Shown piece by piece: positions 56,264 to 64,000 of a stretch of 64,000 nt of DNA; position 1 is the first letter of the stretch; the number at the start of each line of letters is the position of its first letter. This DNA is from Acidobacteriota bacterium (lineage in GTDB: Bacteria > Acidobacteriota > Terriglobia > Terriglobales > SCQP01). The translations under genes and the position numbers were made by a program. The stretch spans positions 14,550 to 78,549 of the forward strand of contig JAJYIU010000014.1 in NCBI GenBank assembly GCA_021789895.1, read 5' to 3'. A model generated the notes under the pieces. That model was not told where the DNA came from, ran no database searches, and was given only the letters and a program-made list of their open reading frames with translations.

Positions 56264-57853
56264 TTATTTGGCGGCGGCGATCAGCACCCATTGGCCCCGG
56301 CGGCGCTTCTGCCAAACCACGCGCAGCTTCATTTGCCGCAACAGGGCGCGGCGGCCAAGCTCCGGTTGGTAATGAAAATAGCGGCCGATCCAGCGCCGCC
56401 AGAGCGGCAGAGCGTTCAAAAGATCCAAAGGCGGCCGGTAGCGGCGCGAGTAAAGCAGGGCCGACCCGAAAGCCGGCAGACGCTGCAGCGCGCCGGGGTT
56501 GAAATCGCGCACCGGGGCCACGCGCAGCGGCTGCCGCACATACCCCAGCGCCGGCGTGGACAGCTCGTCGGTGGCCGGCCAGGCGGTCAGCACCGGCTGA
56601 AAGGATGAGGGCAGCGTCGCCAGCCGCCGCGCCGCCGCTTGCTGCAAATGCACGAAGTTTACATAGGCGAGATTGTCCTCATAGGGGAAGGCGTAGGGCG
56701 GCCGCCAGAACCAGTTCAGGCAGAAGAGCAGGAGGCAAGCGGCGGCGGCAAGCTGCGGCCGTGGCAGCCAACTCAGCCCTCCAGCGGCCAGCACGATCAG
56801 CGCCGCTTCGGCCGGGAGCAGGTAACGCGTCAGAACGGCGCCGCCGATGGCGGAGTGAAAGAGCAGGTAGATTGCGATCAGTCCCGCCAGCTCGGCGGCC
56901 GGCGGGTGCGGCCAGCGCTCGCTTCGGCGGGCGGATTCGCCGCGCGCCCGGGCGCGGCGCCGCCAGCCCCAGAGCCCGAGCCCGGTCAGCAGCCAGGCGC
57001 CGTTATAGCCGAAGAGCTGCCACACGCGCCGCAGCAGGGTGATCACGATGCGCGGCGCCGAGCTTGCCGCATCCAGGTTATAGGCCAGGAAACCGGCATT
57101 ACCAAACCAGTAGCCGGTCAGGGCATGGTAGTACGCCAGCCAGCCGAGCAGCGGCAGCGCGGCCGCGGCGTGCGGCCAGACTGCGAGCGCCATGCGTCTC
57201 CACTTGCGGGGGGATGAATCCGCCCCGGCCGGCGCGGTGCGCGCGGCGCGGAGCATATCCGCCAGCGCCAGCGCGAAGGGCAGCAGCACCGCGGTTTCCT
57301 TGGCCAGGCAGGCAGCGGCGGCCAGCAGGAGATAGAGCGCCGGCCGGCGGCGGTAGCGGGCGGCCAGCGCCCCGATAATCAACGCCGCCGCCGGCAAATC
57401 GAGCTGCGCCAGCGGCGCCTGCGCGAAAACCAGCGGCGCGAAAGCAATCAACAGCGCCGCAATGATCGCCGCACGCGTTCCAAACAGCGTTTTCGCCAGT
57501 TGCCAGGCGCCGGCGATCAAGCCGGCGTAAAAGCCGAGCATCACCGCGCGCGCCGCCCAGATTTTATACCCGGCCAGTTGCCAGGCCAGCGCCAGCAGCG
57601 CCATCACCAGCGGCGGATGCCCATTGGCCAGGGTCGAGTGCGGCACCCACCAGCCGTGGCGGGCGAGGTCGAGCGCGGCGGGCACGAAGTAGCCCGCCTC
57701 GTCCCAATAATACGGAAGGTGCAGCGCCCAGCAATGCGCCGCCACGCCGGCGGCATAAATGCCGGCAAAAGTCGCTGCCGTCCGGCCGGCGCCGGCCAAA
57801 ACGAATTTCCGGCGGGTGGGAAGACGAATTTCTGCCGCGCCGCTGGCCTTCAT
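56264..57853 (-). CDS. GT39/ArnT-like polytopic membrane glycosyltransferase (second copy in window)
   Basis: First-loop acidic motif PYYWDEAGYFVPAALDLARHGWW. More than 10 hydrophobic helices. Assignment is less secure than for 22148-23926. Confidence 0.7.
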   Translation of the reverse strand: MKASGAAEIRLPTRRKFVLAGAGRTAATFAGIYAAGVAAHCWALHLPYYWDEAGYFVPAALDLARHGWWVPHSTLANGHPPLVMALLALAWQLAGYKIWAARAVMLGFYAGLIAGAWQLAKTLFGTRAAIIAALLIAFAPLVFAQAPLAQLDLPAAALIIGALAARYRRRPALYLLLAAAACLAKETAVLLPFALALADMLRAARTAPAGADSSPRKWRRMALAVWPHAAAALPLLGWLAYYHALTGYWFGNAGFLAYNLDAASSAPRIVITLLRRVWQLFGYNGAWLLTGLGLWGWRRRARARGESARRSERWPHPPAAELAGLIAIYLLFHSAIGGAVLTRYLLPAEAALIVLAAGGLSWLPRPQLAAAACLLLFCLNWFWRPPYAFPYEDNLAYVNFVHLQQAAARRLATLPSSFQPVLTAWPATDELSTPALGYVRQPLRVAPVRDFNPGALQRLPAFGSALLYSRRYRPPLDLLNALPLWRRWIGRYFHYQPELGRRALLRQMKLRVVWQKRRRGQWVLIAAAK

Positions 57854-57878
57854 CTCGCTACCGCGCGCCGCCTGCGGA

Positions 57879-58181
57879 TTATTGCACCGTTCCGGCGTCC
57901 GGCAGGGGCGCGAGTTGAATCTCGCCGAAGGTTTTTTCGTAGTTGGCGACGTGCGTTTCCAGCAGCGTCAGCACCGCCTTGGCCTGCTGCGGGCTGAGGT
58001 ACACGCCCTGAAACATGTGGATTTCGACTTCCTCCGGCACGGACTGCTGCAATAGCCCGAATTGGAGAAAGAAATCCCAGGCGCTGGGGCGCACCTGCAC
58101 CGAATTGGAATACTGCTCGCGGTACTCCGGCTGCAGCACGATTTTGATACGCGGCGGATTGGGGTTGACGGGTAGGTTCAT
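57879..58181 (-). CDS. DUF3467 domain-containing protein
   Basis: YSNSVQVRPSAWDFFLQFG...VYLSPQQAKAVLTLLETHVANYEKTFGEI matches the DUF3467 pattern as I recall it. Lies 1 nt after the upstream gene stop. Confidence 0.75.
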   Translation of the reverse strand: MNLPVNPNPPRIKIVLQPEYREQYSNSVQVRPSAWDFFLQFGLLQQSVPEEVEIHMFQGVYLSPQQAKAVLTLLETHVANYEKTFGEIQLAPLPDAGTVQ

Positions 58182-58182
58182 A

Positions 58183-58458
58183 TTACACGCCCAGCTTCTT
58201 CATCGCTTCCTGGTAATAACGGCGGTAGAGCAGGTCCCATTCCTGGCTGGCTTCGAGGATTTCGCGCTTTTGGGAGGTAATTTTCCGCCGCACCGCGGCG
58301 TCAATCCGCTCCTCGGCGACCAGCAGCCGTTCCAGCCATTGCCGGATTTCGAGCCGCACCTGGTTGCGGTCCTGGAGAAATTTCACCTCCGGATGATTGG
58401 CCAGTTCGTTGGTGGCGGCGTGCGCCAAGGCATTGACCTTATCGCGCGACAGCCGCAT
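58183..58458 (-). CDS. DUF507 family protein
   Basis: MRLSRDKVNALAHAATNEL...EERIDAAVRRKITSQKREILEASQEWDLLYRRYYQEAMKKLG matches the DUF507 pattern. The start shares 1 nt with the upstream stop (TGATG). Confidence 0.75.
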   Translation of the reverse strand: MRLSRDKVNALAHAATNELANHPEVKFLQDRNQVRLEIRQWLERLLVAEERIDAAVRRKITSQKREILEASQEWDLLYRRYYQEAMKKLGV

Positions 58459-58736
58459 CAGAGGATCACCTTTTTCTGGCGCACCAGTTCGGCTTTGACC
58501 TTTTTAAACGCTTCGCTGTAGGAGGCGCCCAATTGCTGCAGCTTGGCTTCGTTCTGGGCGAGGATGGCGCGCGCTTCCTCGTTGATCCGCGTTTCCACCT
58601 CGAGTTCCTCGCTGAGGGAGTGATGCAGCCACTCCGCCAGCGGGGTAGCGGGGGGCGCGGCAATGGCGTGGGTGGCGACGAGCTGGCGGGCCAGCTCGCG
58701 CGCCATGTAGGTGACGTACTCGCGCGCGATCGCCAT
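58458..58736 (-). CDS. DUF507 family protein (paralog)
   Basis: YVTYMARELARQLV...ETRINEEARAILAQNEAKLQQLGASYSEAFKKVKAELVRQKKV. Same length class and helical pattern as its neighbour. Confidence 0.7.
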   Translation of the reverse strand: MAIAREYVTYMARELARQLVATHAIAAPPATPLAEWLHHSLSEELEVETRINEEARAILAQNEAKLQQLGASYSEAFKKVKAELVRQKKVIL

Positions 58737-58828
58737 GGTGAGGCTACAGTTTAGCAGAGGCGCGCCGGCGCGGGGATTGCCGCCGTGCCGAAGGATACAG
58801 CGCAGTTATACAGCGTCCGGCGGCCGCA

Positions 58829-59080
58829 TCACACCTGCTCCTCGTCCACATAGCACCAGGCCCATTTGCGGTCGGGGAACGACCGCATCACCGGATGCCG
58901 GGTGGCGTGGAAGTGAGCGGTGGCGTGGCGGCCGGGAGAGGAATCGCAGCAGCCCACATGGCCGCAGGTCTGGCACAGCCGCAGTTGCACCCAATGCTGC
59001 CCGCTGGCGAGGCATTCCTGGCAGCCTTCGCCGCCCGGCGCGGGCGCGTTCTTCAACAAATCGCGATGCGTACAAGCCAT
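58829..59080 (-). CDS. UBP-type zinc-finger domain protein
   Basis: CQECLASGQHWVQLRLCQTCGHVGCCDSSPGRHATAHFHATRHP Cys/His pattern of Znf-UBP. I prefer ATG 59080 (MACTHRDLL). Confidence 0.8.
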   Translation of the reverse strand: MACTHRDLLKNAPAPGGEGCQECLASGQHWVQLRLCQTCGHVGCCDSSPGRHATAHFHATRHPVMRSFPDRKWAWCYVDEEQV

Positions 59081-59138
59081 GGCGAACCCCTTTCCGCCCG
59101 GACCGATGCAAGCCAAGGTCCACCACCGCGACGCATGC

Positions 59139-59345
59139 CTAGGTGGTTTTTACGAACTGCGCCGGATTCTGCTTGAACTTTTGCCGGCAGCCGGGGTTGC
59201 AAAAATAATATTGCTTGCCAGCATACTCCATGTGTCCGGCGGCGGATTCGGGCCGGATGTGCATGCCGCAAACCGGGTCGCGGACGGTGGCGGAGTCCGG
59301 GGCGGGCGATGCGGAGGGTTGCGCTTTCTTTTTCAGGCCGAACAT
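59139..59345 (-). CDS. YHS (TRASH-like) domain metal-binding protein
   Basis: DPVCGMHI...YYFCNPGCRQKF motif. ATG at 59345 has GGAGG 5 nt upstream. The track start at 59438 lacks an SD and overlaps the upstream gene. Confidence 0.8.
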   Translation of the reverse strand: MFGLKKKAQPSASPAPDSATVRDPVCGMHIRPESAAGHMEYAGKQYYFCNPGCRQKFKQNPAQFVKTT

Positions 59346-59401
59346 ATACGCCTCCTGCTTCCAGCATACTCCCGCATCGAATTCCGGCTGCCGGCTGCGC
59401 G

Positions 59402-60841
59402 TCAGACCTGTTCCGGCACGGTATAAGGCGAGCGGCAACCGCCGCGCAGCAGCGCCGCGGCTTCATCGTTGCCGATCACTTCATACGTGTCCGGACGCAG
59501 TTCCAGCGCGCGGCCGGTGCGGTAGCTGGCATTGGCCAGGTGGATGAGCGCCACCGACAGCAGGCCCTCGTCCAAGGGGGCGTTCAACAGCTTGGGGTTG
59601 CGGGCGCGCACCGCCTGGACGAAGTTCTCGAAATGATTGCCGCCGCCCCGGCCGCTCGGCCCGGGATGCTGATGCTCGCCCAGGAAGGTGCGATAGGTGT
59701 CGAAGCCGGCAATGGCGAGATAGCCTTTGGAGCCGTAAAAGAGATTGCCGACGGTATCCAGCGTGCCCGGCAGGGGGCCGAGCGGGAGGCGGAAATCGTC
59801 GCCGCGCCAGCGGGCCAGGTCGGGCGCCTGAAAATGCGTCCGGGCCCGCGCCGGCGCGTGGGCGGGAGCATAGACCGGCAGCGAGCGGCTGCGGTAGGCG
59901 CGCGTGCCGATGCCGGCCTCGTGGTTCGAGATCCAGCCGCGGACCTCCACCTCGAGCAGCTTTTTTTGCCCATTGGGAGATTCGAACTCATACAACACGC
60001 TGAGCAGGTTGGGGGTTTCCTGGTCATCCTGAAACAGGAATTTTCCACCCATCGCCGAAACCCGCCGCGGCCGGGTCACGCCCAGGCCCCAGCGCGCGAT
60101 ATCCAGCTCGTGCGGGCCCTGGTTGCCGATGTCGCCGTTGCCGGTATCCCAAAACCAGTGCCAGTTATAGTGAAAGCGGTTGAGCGAGAACGGATGCCTC
60201 GGCGCCGGTCCCGTCCACAGGTCGTAATGCACGCCCGGCGGCACCGGCTGCGGCGGGGTATGGCCGATGGTCGGCCGCCATTTGAAGACCAGGGCGCGGG
60301 CCATGTACATCTCGCCGATGGTGCCGGCGCGCAGGTGCCCGACCGCTTGCTGGATGGCCGCGTGCGAGCGCGACTGAGTGCCGTGCTGGCAGATACGGTT
60401 GTATTTGCGCACCGCCGCCAGCAGTTGCTGGCCTTCCCAGAGGCTGTGGCAACAAGGCTTTTCGAGATAGAGATCCTTGCCTGCCTGGCAGGTCCAGATG
60501 CCGATCAAGGCGTGCCAGTGATTGGGGGTGGCGACCGAAACCGCATCGAGACTGGCATTTTCGAGCAGGCGGCGCACATCGGTATAGACCGCCGGGCGGG
60601 GGACGCCCAGCCGCTGGAGCGTCCGCAGCCGCCAGCGGAGCACGTTTTCATCCACGTCGCAGAGCGCGGCAATCTCGACGCCGGGCATGGCGGCATAGGC
60701 GTGCAGATGCGCCAGGCCGCGCCCGCGCACTCCGCAAACGGCGATCCGCAGCCGGTCATTGGCGCCGCGGATGCGCTTCCGGGAAGCCGCGGCCATCAGC
60801 CCGGCGGCGCCGGATTCAACCATAAATGCGCGGCGTTGCAT
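59402..60841 (-). CDS. Gfo/Idh/MocA family oxidoreductase with Tat signal
   Basis: MQRRAFMVESGAAGLMAAA twin-arginine leader. Rossmann LRIAVCGVRGRG. GAGGAG Shine-Dalgarno 8 nt upstream of ATG 60841. Confidence 0.9.
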   Translation of the reverse strand: MQRRAFMVESGAAGLMAAASRKRIRGANDRLRIAVCGVRGRGLAHLHAYAAMPGVEIAALCDVDENVLRWRLRTLQRLGVPRPAVYTDVRRLLENASLDAVSVATPNHWHALIGIWTCQAGKDLYLEKPCCHSLWEGQQLLAAVRKYNRICQHGTQSRSHAAIQQAVGHLRAGTIGEMYMARALVFKWRPTIGHTPPQPVPPGVHYDLWTGPAPRHPFSLNRFHYNWHWFWDTGNGDIGNQGPHELDIARWGLGVTRPRRVSAMGGKFLFQDDQETPNLLSVLYEFESPNGQKKLLEVEVRGWISNHEAGIGTRAYRSRSLPVYAPAHAPARARTHFQAPDLARWRGDDFRLPLGPLPGTLDTVGNLFYGSKGYLAIAGFDTYRTFLGEHQHPGPSGRGGGNHFENFVQAVRARNPKLLNAPLDEGLLSVALIHLANASYRTGRALELRPDTYEVIGNDEAAALLRGGCRSPYTVPEQV

Positions 60842-60933
60842 GCGTTCAGCTCCTCTCTTGTTTGCATTCCCCTTCAAGGGCTGCAGCGCGGGCGGGCGGC
60901 GGGCCCGGATGGGCCTCGGGGGCGGCCGGGCGC

Positions 60934-61902
60934 TTAATCGGCGCGCGCGCCGGTGCGATGGATGAGGCGCAGGATGCCATCCATGGATTCCATCGAGGAA
61001 GTCCAGGGATCGTGGCGCGCGTTGCGGTAATGCGTTTCGAGCGACATCGTGTCCGTATAGCGCATCGCCTTGAGCGCGCGGAACTGTCCCCGAAAATCAA
61101 TGCTCCCCTTGCCCACCGGCATCCAGCGCGTACGCCCGTTGGGCAGCCGCACGGCGTCCTTTAAATGGATGTGGCAGATGCGGGAATGGTCGAGCTGGTT
61201 CCAGGCCTGGGGATAGGGCTCGTCGCCGATGGCGAAACAATTGCCCGGATCCCAGTTATGGCAGAGCCGGCGGTCGGGAATGGCGCGGAAAAAGCGCGCG
61301 GTTTCAGCGCCGGTGGCGATATTGGTGTCGAACTCGTTTTCAATCACCAGCTCGATATCTTCCTGCGCCGCCACCGCGAGGGCCTTATGCATCTCTTCGA
61401 CCACGCGGTCAAAGACGGTAGCGGGATGCGCCACGCGCAGGAAGGTAAATATGCGCACCTTTTTCGTGCCCAGGGCGTGGGCGACGCCGGCGGCATGCTT
61501 GAGGTACTCCATCTGATTGCGGTAGCGCGCCCGTACCTGGTTCAGGTCGGCGCGGCTGGCGTGGGCGCGGGTGCCGGGCAGCGGAATCTTGTAAATGCCG
61601 GTATCCAACACCGACAACCGCATGCCGGCGCGGTCCAGTTGTTGCTTGACCTGCCGCACCTCGGCCGCAGTGCCGTGGGTGCTCAGATAGACGTTCCGCC
61701 GCCCGAAGCGCACCCCGCGCAACTCGACCCAGCGCAGATGATAGTGCGGCAGAAAATCGCGCAGCACGTGCTCCAGGCGGGCATCGGCTTCATCGCTGAT
61801 GACGCCAAGATGAAAGGTAAAAGCGGCGGCGGACGCCCAAACGGCCGGGCACAGGCCGGCGGCGCCCGCCAGCGTCGAGGCGATAAATTGACGGCGATGC
61901 AA
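60934..61902 (-). CDS. sugar phosphate isomerase/epimerase (xylose isomerase-like TIM barrel) with Tat signal
   Basis: An in-frame TTG at 61902, preceded by GGGAGA, gives (M)HRRQFIASTLAGAAGLCPAVWASAAA. TIM-barrel blocks IELVIENE and HIHLKD. The longer track ORF would overlap the upstream receptor gene by 164 nt. Confidence 0.85.
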   Translation of the reverse strand: MHRRQFIASTLAGAAGLCPAVWASAAAFTFHLGVISDEADARLEHVLRDFLPHYHLRWVELRGVRFGRRNVYLSTHGTAAEVRQVKQQLDRAGMRLSVLDTGIYKIPLPGTRAHASRADLNQVRARYRNQMEYLKHAAGVAHALGTKKVRIFTFLRVAHPATVFDRVVEEMHKALAVAAQEDIELVIENEFDTNIATGAETARFFRAIPDRRLCHNWDPGNCFAIGDEPYPQAWNQLDHSRICHIHLKDAVRLPNGRTRWMPVGKGSIDFRGQFRALKAMRYTDTMSLETHYRNARHDPWTSSMESMDGILRLIHRTGARAD

Positions 61903-61927
61903 GGCGATTCTCCCGTGGAATCCGGAT

Positions 61928-64000
61928 TTAAAACTCCAACTGCAATCCGAATTGGAAGCTGCGGGGACCGTTGCTGGTCCCGGTGATGTGACCAAAATAA
62001 GGGTCGGTGACGCCGGTATGCGGGTTGCTGAAATTAGGGGTATTGGTGAGATTGAACGCTTCCGCGCGGAAAATCGCATGCATCCGCTCACTGAGTTGAA
62101 AATTGCGGAAGAGCGAGAAATCCAGGTTGAAGGCGGCGGGCCCGGTATGGCTGTTCCGCCCGACGTTGCCCATCACCCCTTTCTGGCTGACCGAAGTAAA
62201 TGCATTCGGATCGAACCAGGTGGCGCCGTAGCCCACCCCATGGCTGACGTTAAAACTGCCAACCTGGTCTGCAGTCTGTCCTACTCCGGGCCAGTTGAGC
62301 AAGGTGGTAGGCGCGGTAATGGTAAAGGGGGAGCCGGAATAGGAGGTCAGAATGCCGTTGATCTGCCAGCCGCCGGCGATTTTGCGCCCCAGGCCGGGCT
62401 GCGCCCATTGGCCGAAGGGCAGTTGATACACAATGCCTTCCGAGAGAGCGCGCGCGCGGTTGAACCCGGCCACAGCGCGGTCGCGCCAGAAGTGGACGTT
62501 ATCCATCAACCCCGGCATATCGTCGCCATCGCCATAGTCAATGGCCTTGCCCCAACTGAATGAGGTGGTGGACATCAGGCCATGGCCGATGCGATGGTCC
62601 AGCTTGACCTGCAGGCCGTTATAGTTGTCCCCCAGCGGGAGGAAGGCGTCGGTGCTGACGTTCTTGCCCCAGAGCAGATAAAGCGGCTCGCATTTATAAC
62701 CGCAGTTGCCCTGCAGGGCGGCATTGCTGTTCCAGTGGTAAAGCGTATCCACGCCATGCTCGCCGACGTAGGCGAGATCCAGGCTGAAATGCCCGGGCAG
62801 ATCGCGCGCATAGGCCAGGTTCCAGCTTTCCAGGTAAGCTTCGTGCAGGTTGAGCGGCACGATCACGAAATCCTGCGAGCGCAGGGCGGGCGTGTTGGCC
62901 AGGATGCGGCCGTCGGCGGGAATTACCGCCTGTTGTGGCGCCGGCATGCCGGTTTCCAGGTTCACCGCCGCGCCCTGATAATTCGCATCCTGAAATGAAT
63001 TGATGCTGGGGAACCCGTTGTTCTGACGGATGGGATAATTGAAGGCGTAATGGTTATCGGAGAACGGAATGGTGCTGATGCCAAAGCCGGCGCGCAGCAC
63101 CGAACCCGGGGTCAGGCGCCAGGCCAGCCCCAGCCGCGGCGCCACATTGCGAAAACTGGATTTCACCCCAAGACCCATCGGAGCGCCGATGCCCGCCAGC
63201 ACGAGCTCGTTGGTGGTGGGATCGTAATTGCTTAACCCTCCGGGAAAATGCGGAGTTAAGGGCTGGTAAATTTCGTCGCGCACGCCCAGATAAACGGTCA
63301 GGCGTGAGCTCATCTCCCATTTGTCGCCAAAATAGCCGAAAAAGCGCGTCTGCCGCAGCGCCGGGAAGCTGCCCGGCAGGTCGCGGCCGACAAAGGCCGG
63401 CCAATCCAGCAGCATGGATGCGAAGCCGTTGGCAATGCCGCCTTGCGAGATTTTGTCGCTCGGAGTGCCAGTGCCGGCGGAATTGAATTGGAACTGGCCG
63501 CGCGGGCCGTAGGTCTGGTCCTGCAGCAGATCGTCGCGCAGCCGGGCCAGATCCCAGCCGAATTTCAAGGTATGGTTGCCCCGGATGAAGGTCCAGTTAT
63601 TGACCACGTCAAAATCGGTTTCGGTGCGGATCCAGGGCAGGCTGGCGGAAAACCCCAGCGAGGCAATTCCGCCGTGCGGGCTGATGACCGGCATGCCGCT
63701 GGTGAACGGCTCGATATTGATTCCGCGGATACCCAACTCGGAGGCGGTGTTCTGCAGATAGTCGGTGGGATTGGCGACATTGCGGTAGCGGCTGACGCCG
63801 GCACGAACCGTGGTGATGGTGGTGGGATCGAAAATGTGAGTCCAGTTGGCGCTGGTCTGGTAGGTGGTGTCGGTGCCAATCGCATTGAACATGCCGTTGT
63901 TCGGCCCGCCATAGAGGCCAAAGACGCCTTGCTCGGTGGTTTTGGGTTTCATCCAGCTCAAACGATACGAGGCCAGGTTGTTGGCCGAGATTCGGCCGTC
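61928..64000 (-). CDS. TonB-dependent receptor, C-terminal part (5' end beyond window); paralog of 41717-45109
   Basis: The frame stays open from 63961 to the window edge (…DGRISANNLASYRLSWMKPK). Beta-barrel repeats. C-terminus FGLQLEF ends in Phe. Blocks are collinear with the other receptor. Confidence 0.85.
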   Translation of the reverse strand, partial: DGRISANNLASYRLSWMKPKTTEQGVFGLYGGPNNGMFNAIGTDTTYQTSANWTHIFDPTTITTVRAGVSRYRNVANPTDYLQNTASELGIRGINIEPFTSGMPVISPHGGIASLGFSASLPWIRTETDFDVVNNWTFIRGNHTLKFGWDLARLRDDLLQDQTYGPRGQFQFNSAGTGTPSDKISQGGIANGFASMLLDWPAFVGRDLPGSFPALRQTRFFGYFGDKWEMSSRLTVYLGVRDEIYQPLTPHFPGGLSNYDPTTNELVLAGIGAPMGLGVKSSFRNVAPRLGLAWRLTPGSVLRAGFGISTIPFSDNHYAFNYPIRQNNGFPSINSFQDANYQGAAVNLETGMPAPQQAVIPADGRILANTPALRSQDFVIVPLNLHEAYLESWNLAYARDLPGHFSLDLAYVGEHGVDTLYHWNSNAALQGNCGYKCEPLYLLWGKNVSTDAFLPLGDNYNGLQVKLDHRIGHGLMSTTSFSWGKAIDYGDGDDMPGLMDNVHFWRDRAVAGFNRARALSEGIVYQLPFGQWAQPGLGRKIAGGWQINGILTSYSGSPFTITAPTTLLNWPGVGQTADQVGSFNVSHGVGYGATWFDPNAFTSVSQKGVMGNVGRNSHTGPAAFNLDFSLFRNFQLSERMHAIFRAEAFNLTNTPNFSNPHTGVTDPYFGHITGTSNGPRSFQFGLQLEF

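Overview
This is a gene-dense, high-GC bacterial chromosomal segment (hand counts on typical lines give roughly two-thirds G+C). I call about 48 protein-coding genes. I saw no rRNA, tRNA or CRISPR array by eye. The family content points to Acidobacteriota: an ADOP-type duplicated FtsX permease, a VWFA-related Acidobacterial-type protein, a GWxTD protein, carboxypeptidase-regulatory-domain TonB-dependent receptors, and split MacAB-like pumps. That taxonomic call is inference, since no search was run.

Gene content from left to right:
- a secreted Ala/Arg-rich protein and a YihY/BrkB membrane protein
- a four-gene adaptor/ATPase/permease/permease efflux operon
- a GWxTD protein plus a probable outer-membrane protein
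- a PDZ-bearing histidine kinase with a sigma-54-dependent response regulator
- TauE, DUF2071, a family-5-like uracil-DNA glycosylase, ferredoxin, a polysaccharide deacetylase and fabI
- an ArnT-like GT39 with an LpxL-like acyltransferase
- gnd, nth, a chlorite-dismutase-family protein and an ADOP permease
- rdgB, a YhdH-like oxidoreductase, rph and a redoxin
- an IS-relic-flanked VWA gene, a DHH phosphoesterase and serS
- a glycan-utilisation cluster (GH3 with a CBM6-like insert, TonB receptor, TPR protein, GH63-like enzyme, second GH3)
- fadN-like and fadA genes, an MsbA-like exporter and a second GT39-like protein
- a DUF507/DUF507/DUF3467 triad and two small metal-binding proteins
- a Tat-exported oxidoreductase, a Tat-exported TIM-barrel enzyme, and a second TonB receptor that runs off the window edge

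Many longest ORFs in the track are over-extended at the 5' end or are GC-driven antisense shadow ORFs. I trimmed starts using signal peptides, Shine-Dalgarno motifs and stop/start overlaps. The track also uses TTG starts.

The most unusual observations are:
1. A 0.5-kb AT-rich gap between convergent genes (30176-30681) carries an array of the palindromic 9-mer ACTGNCAGT.
2. The VWA gene (33.7-36.2 kb) is compositionally mosaic and is bracketed by two different transposase relics.
3. A well-spaced sigma-54 promoter with upstream direct repeats lies in front of the PDZ-kinase/sigma-54-activator operon.
4. The DUF507/DUF507/DUF3467 genes are translationally coupled.

I did not find a complete, clearly novel multi-gene system such as a defence island. 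The items above are leads, not demonstrations. All family calls rest on motif recognition by eye and need HMM or BLAST confirmation.
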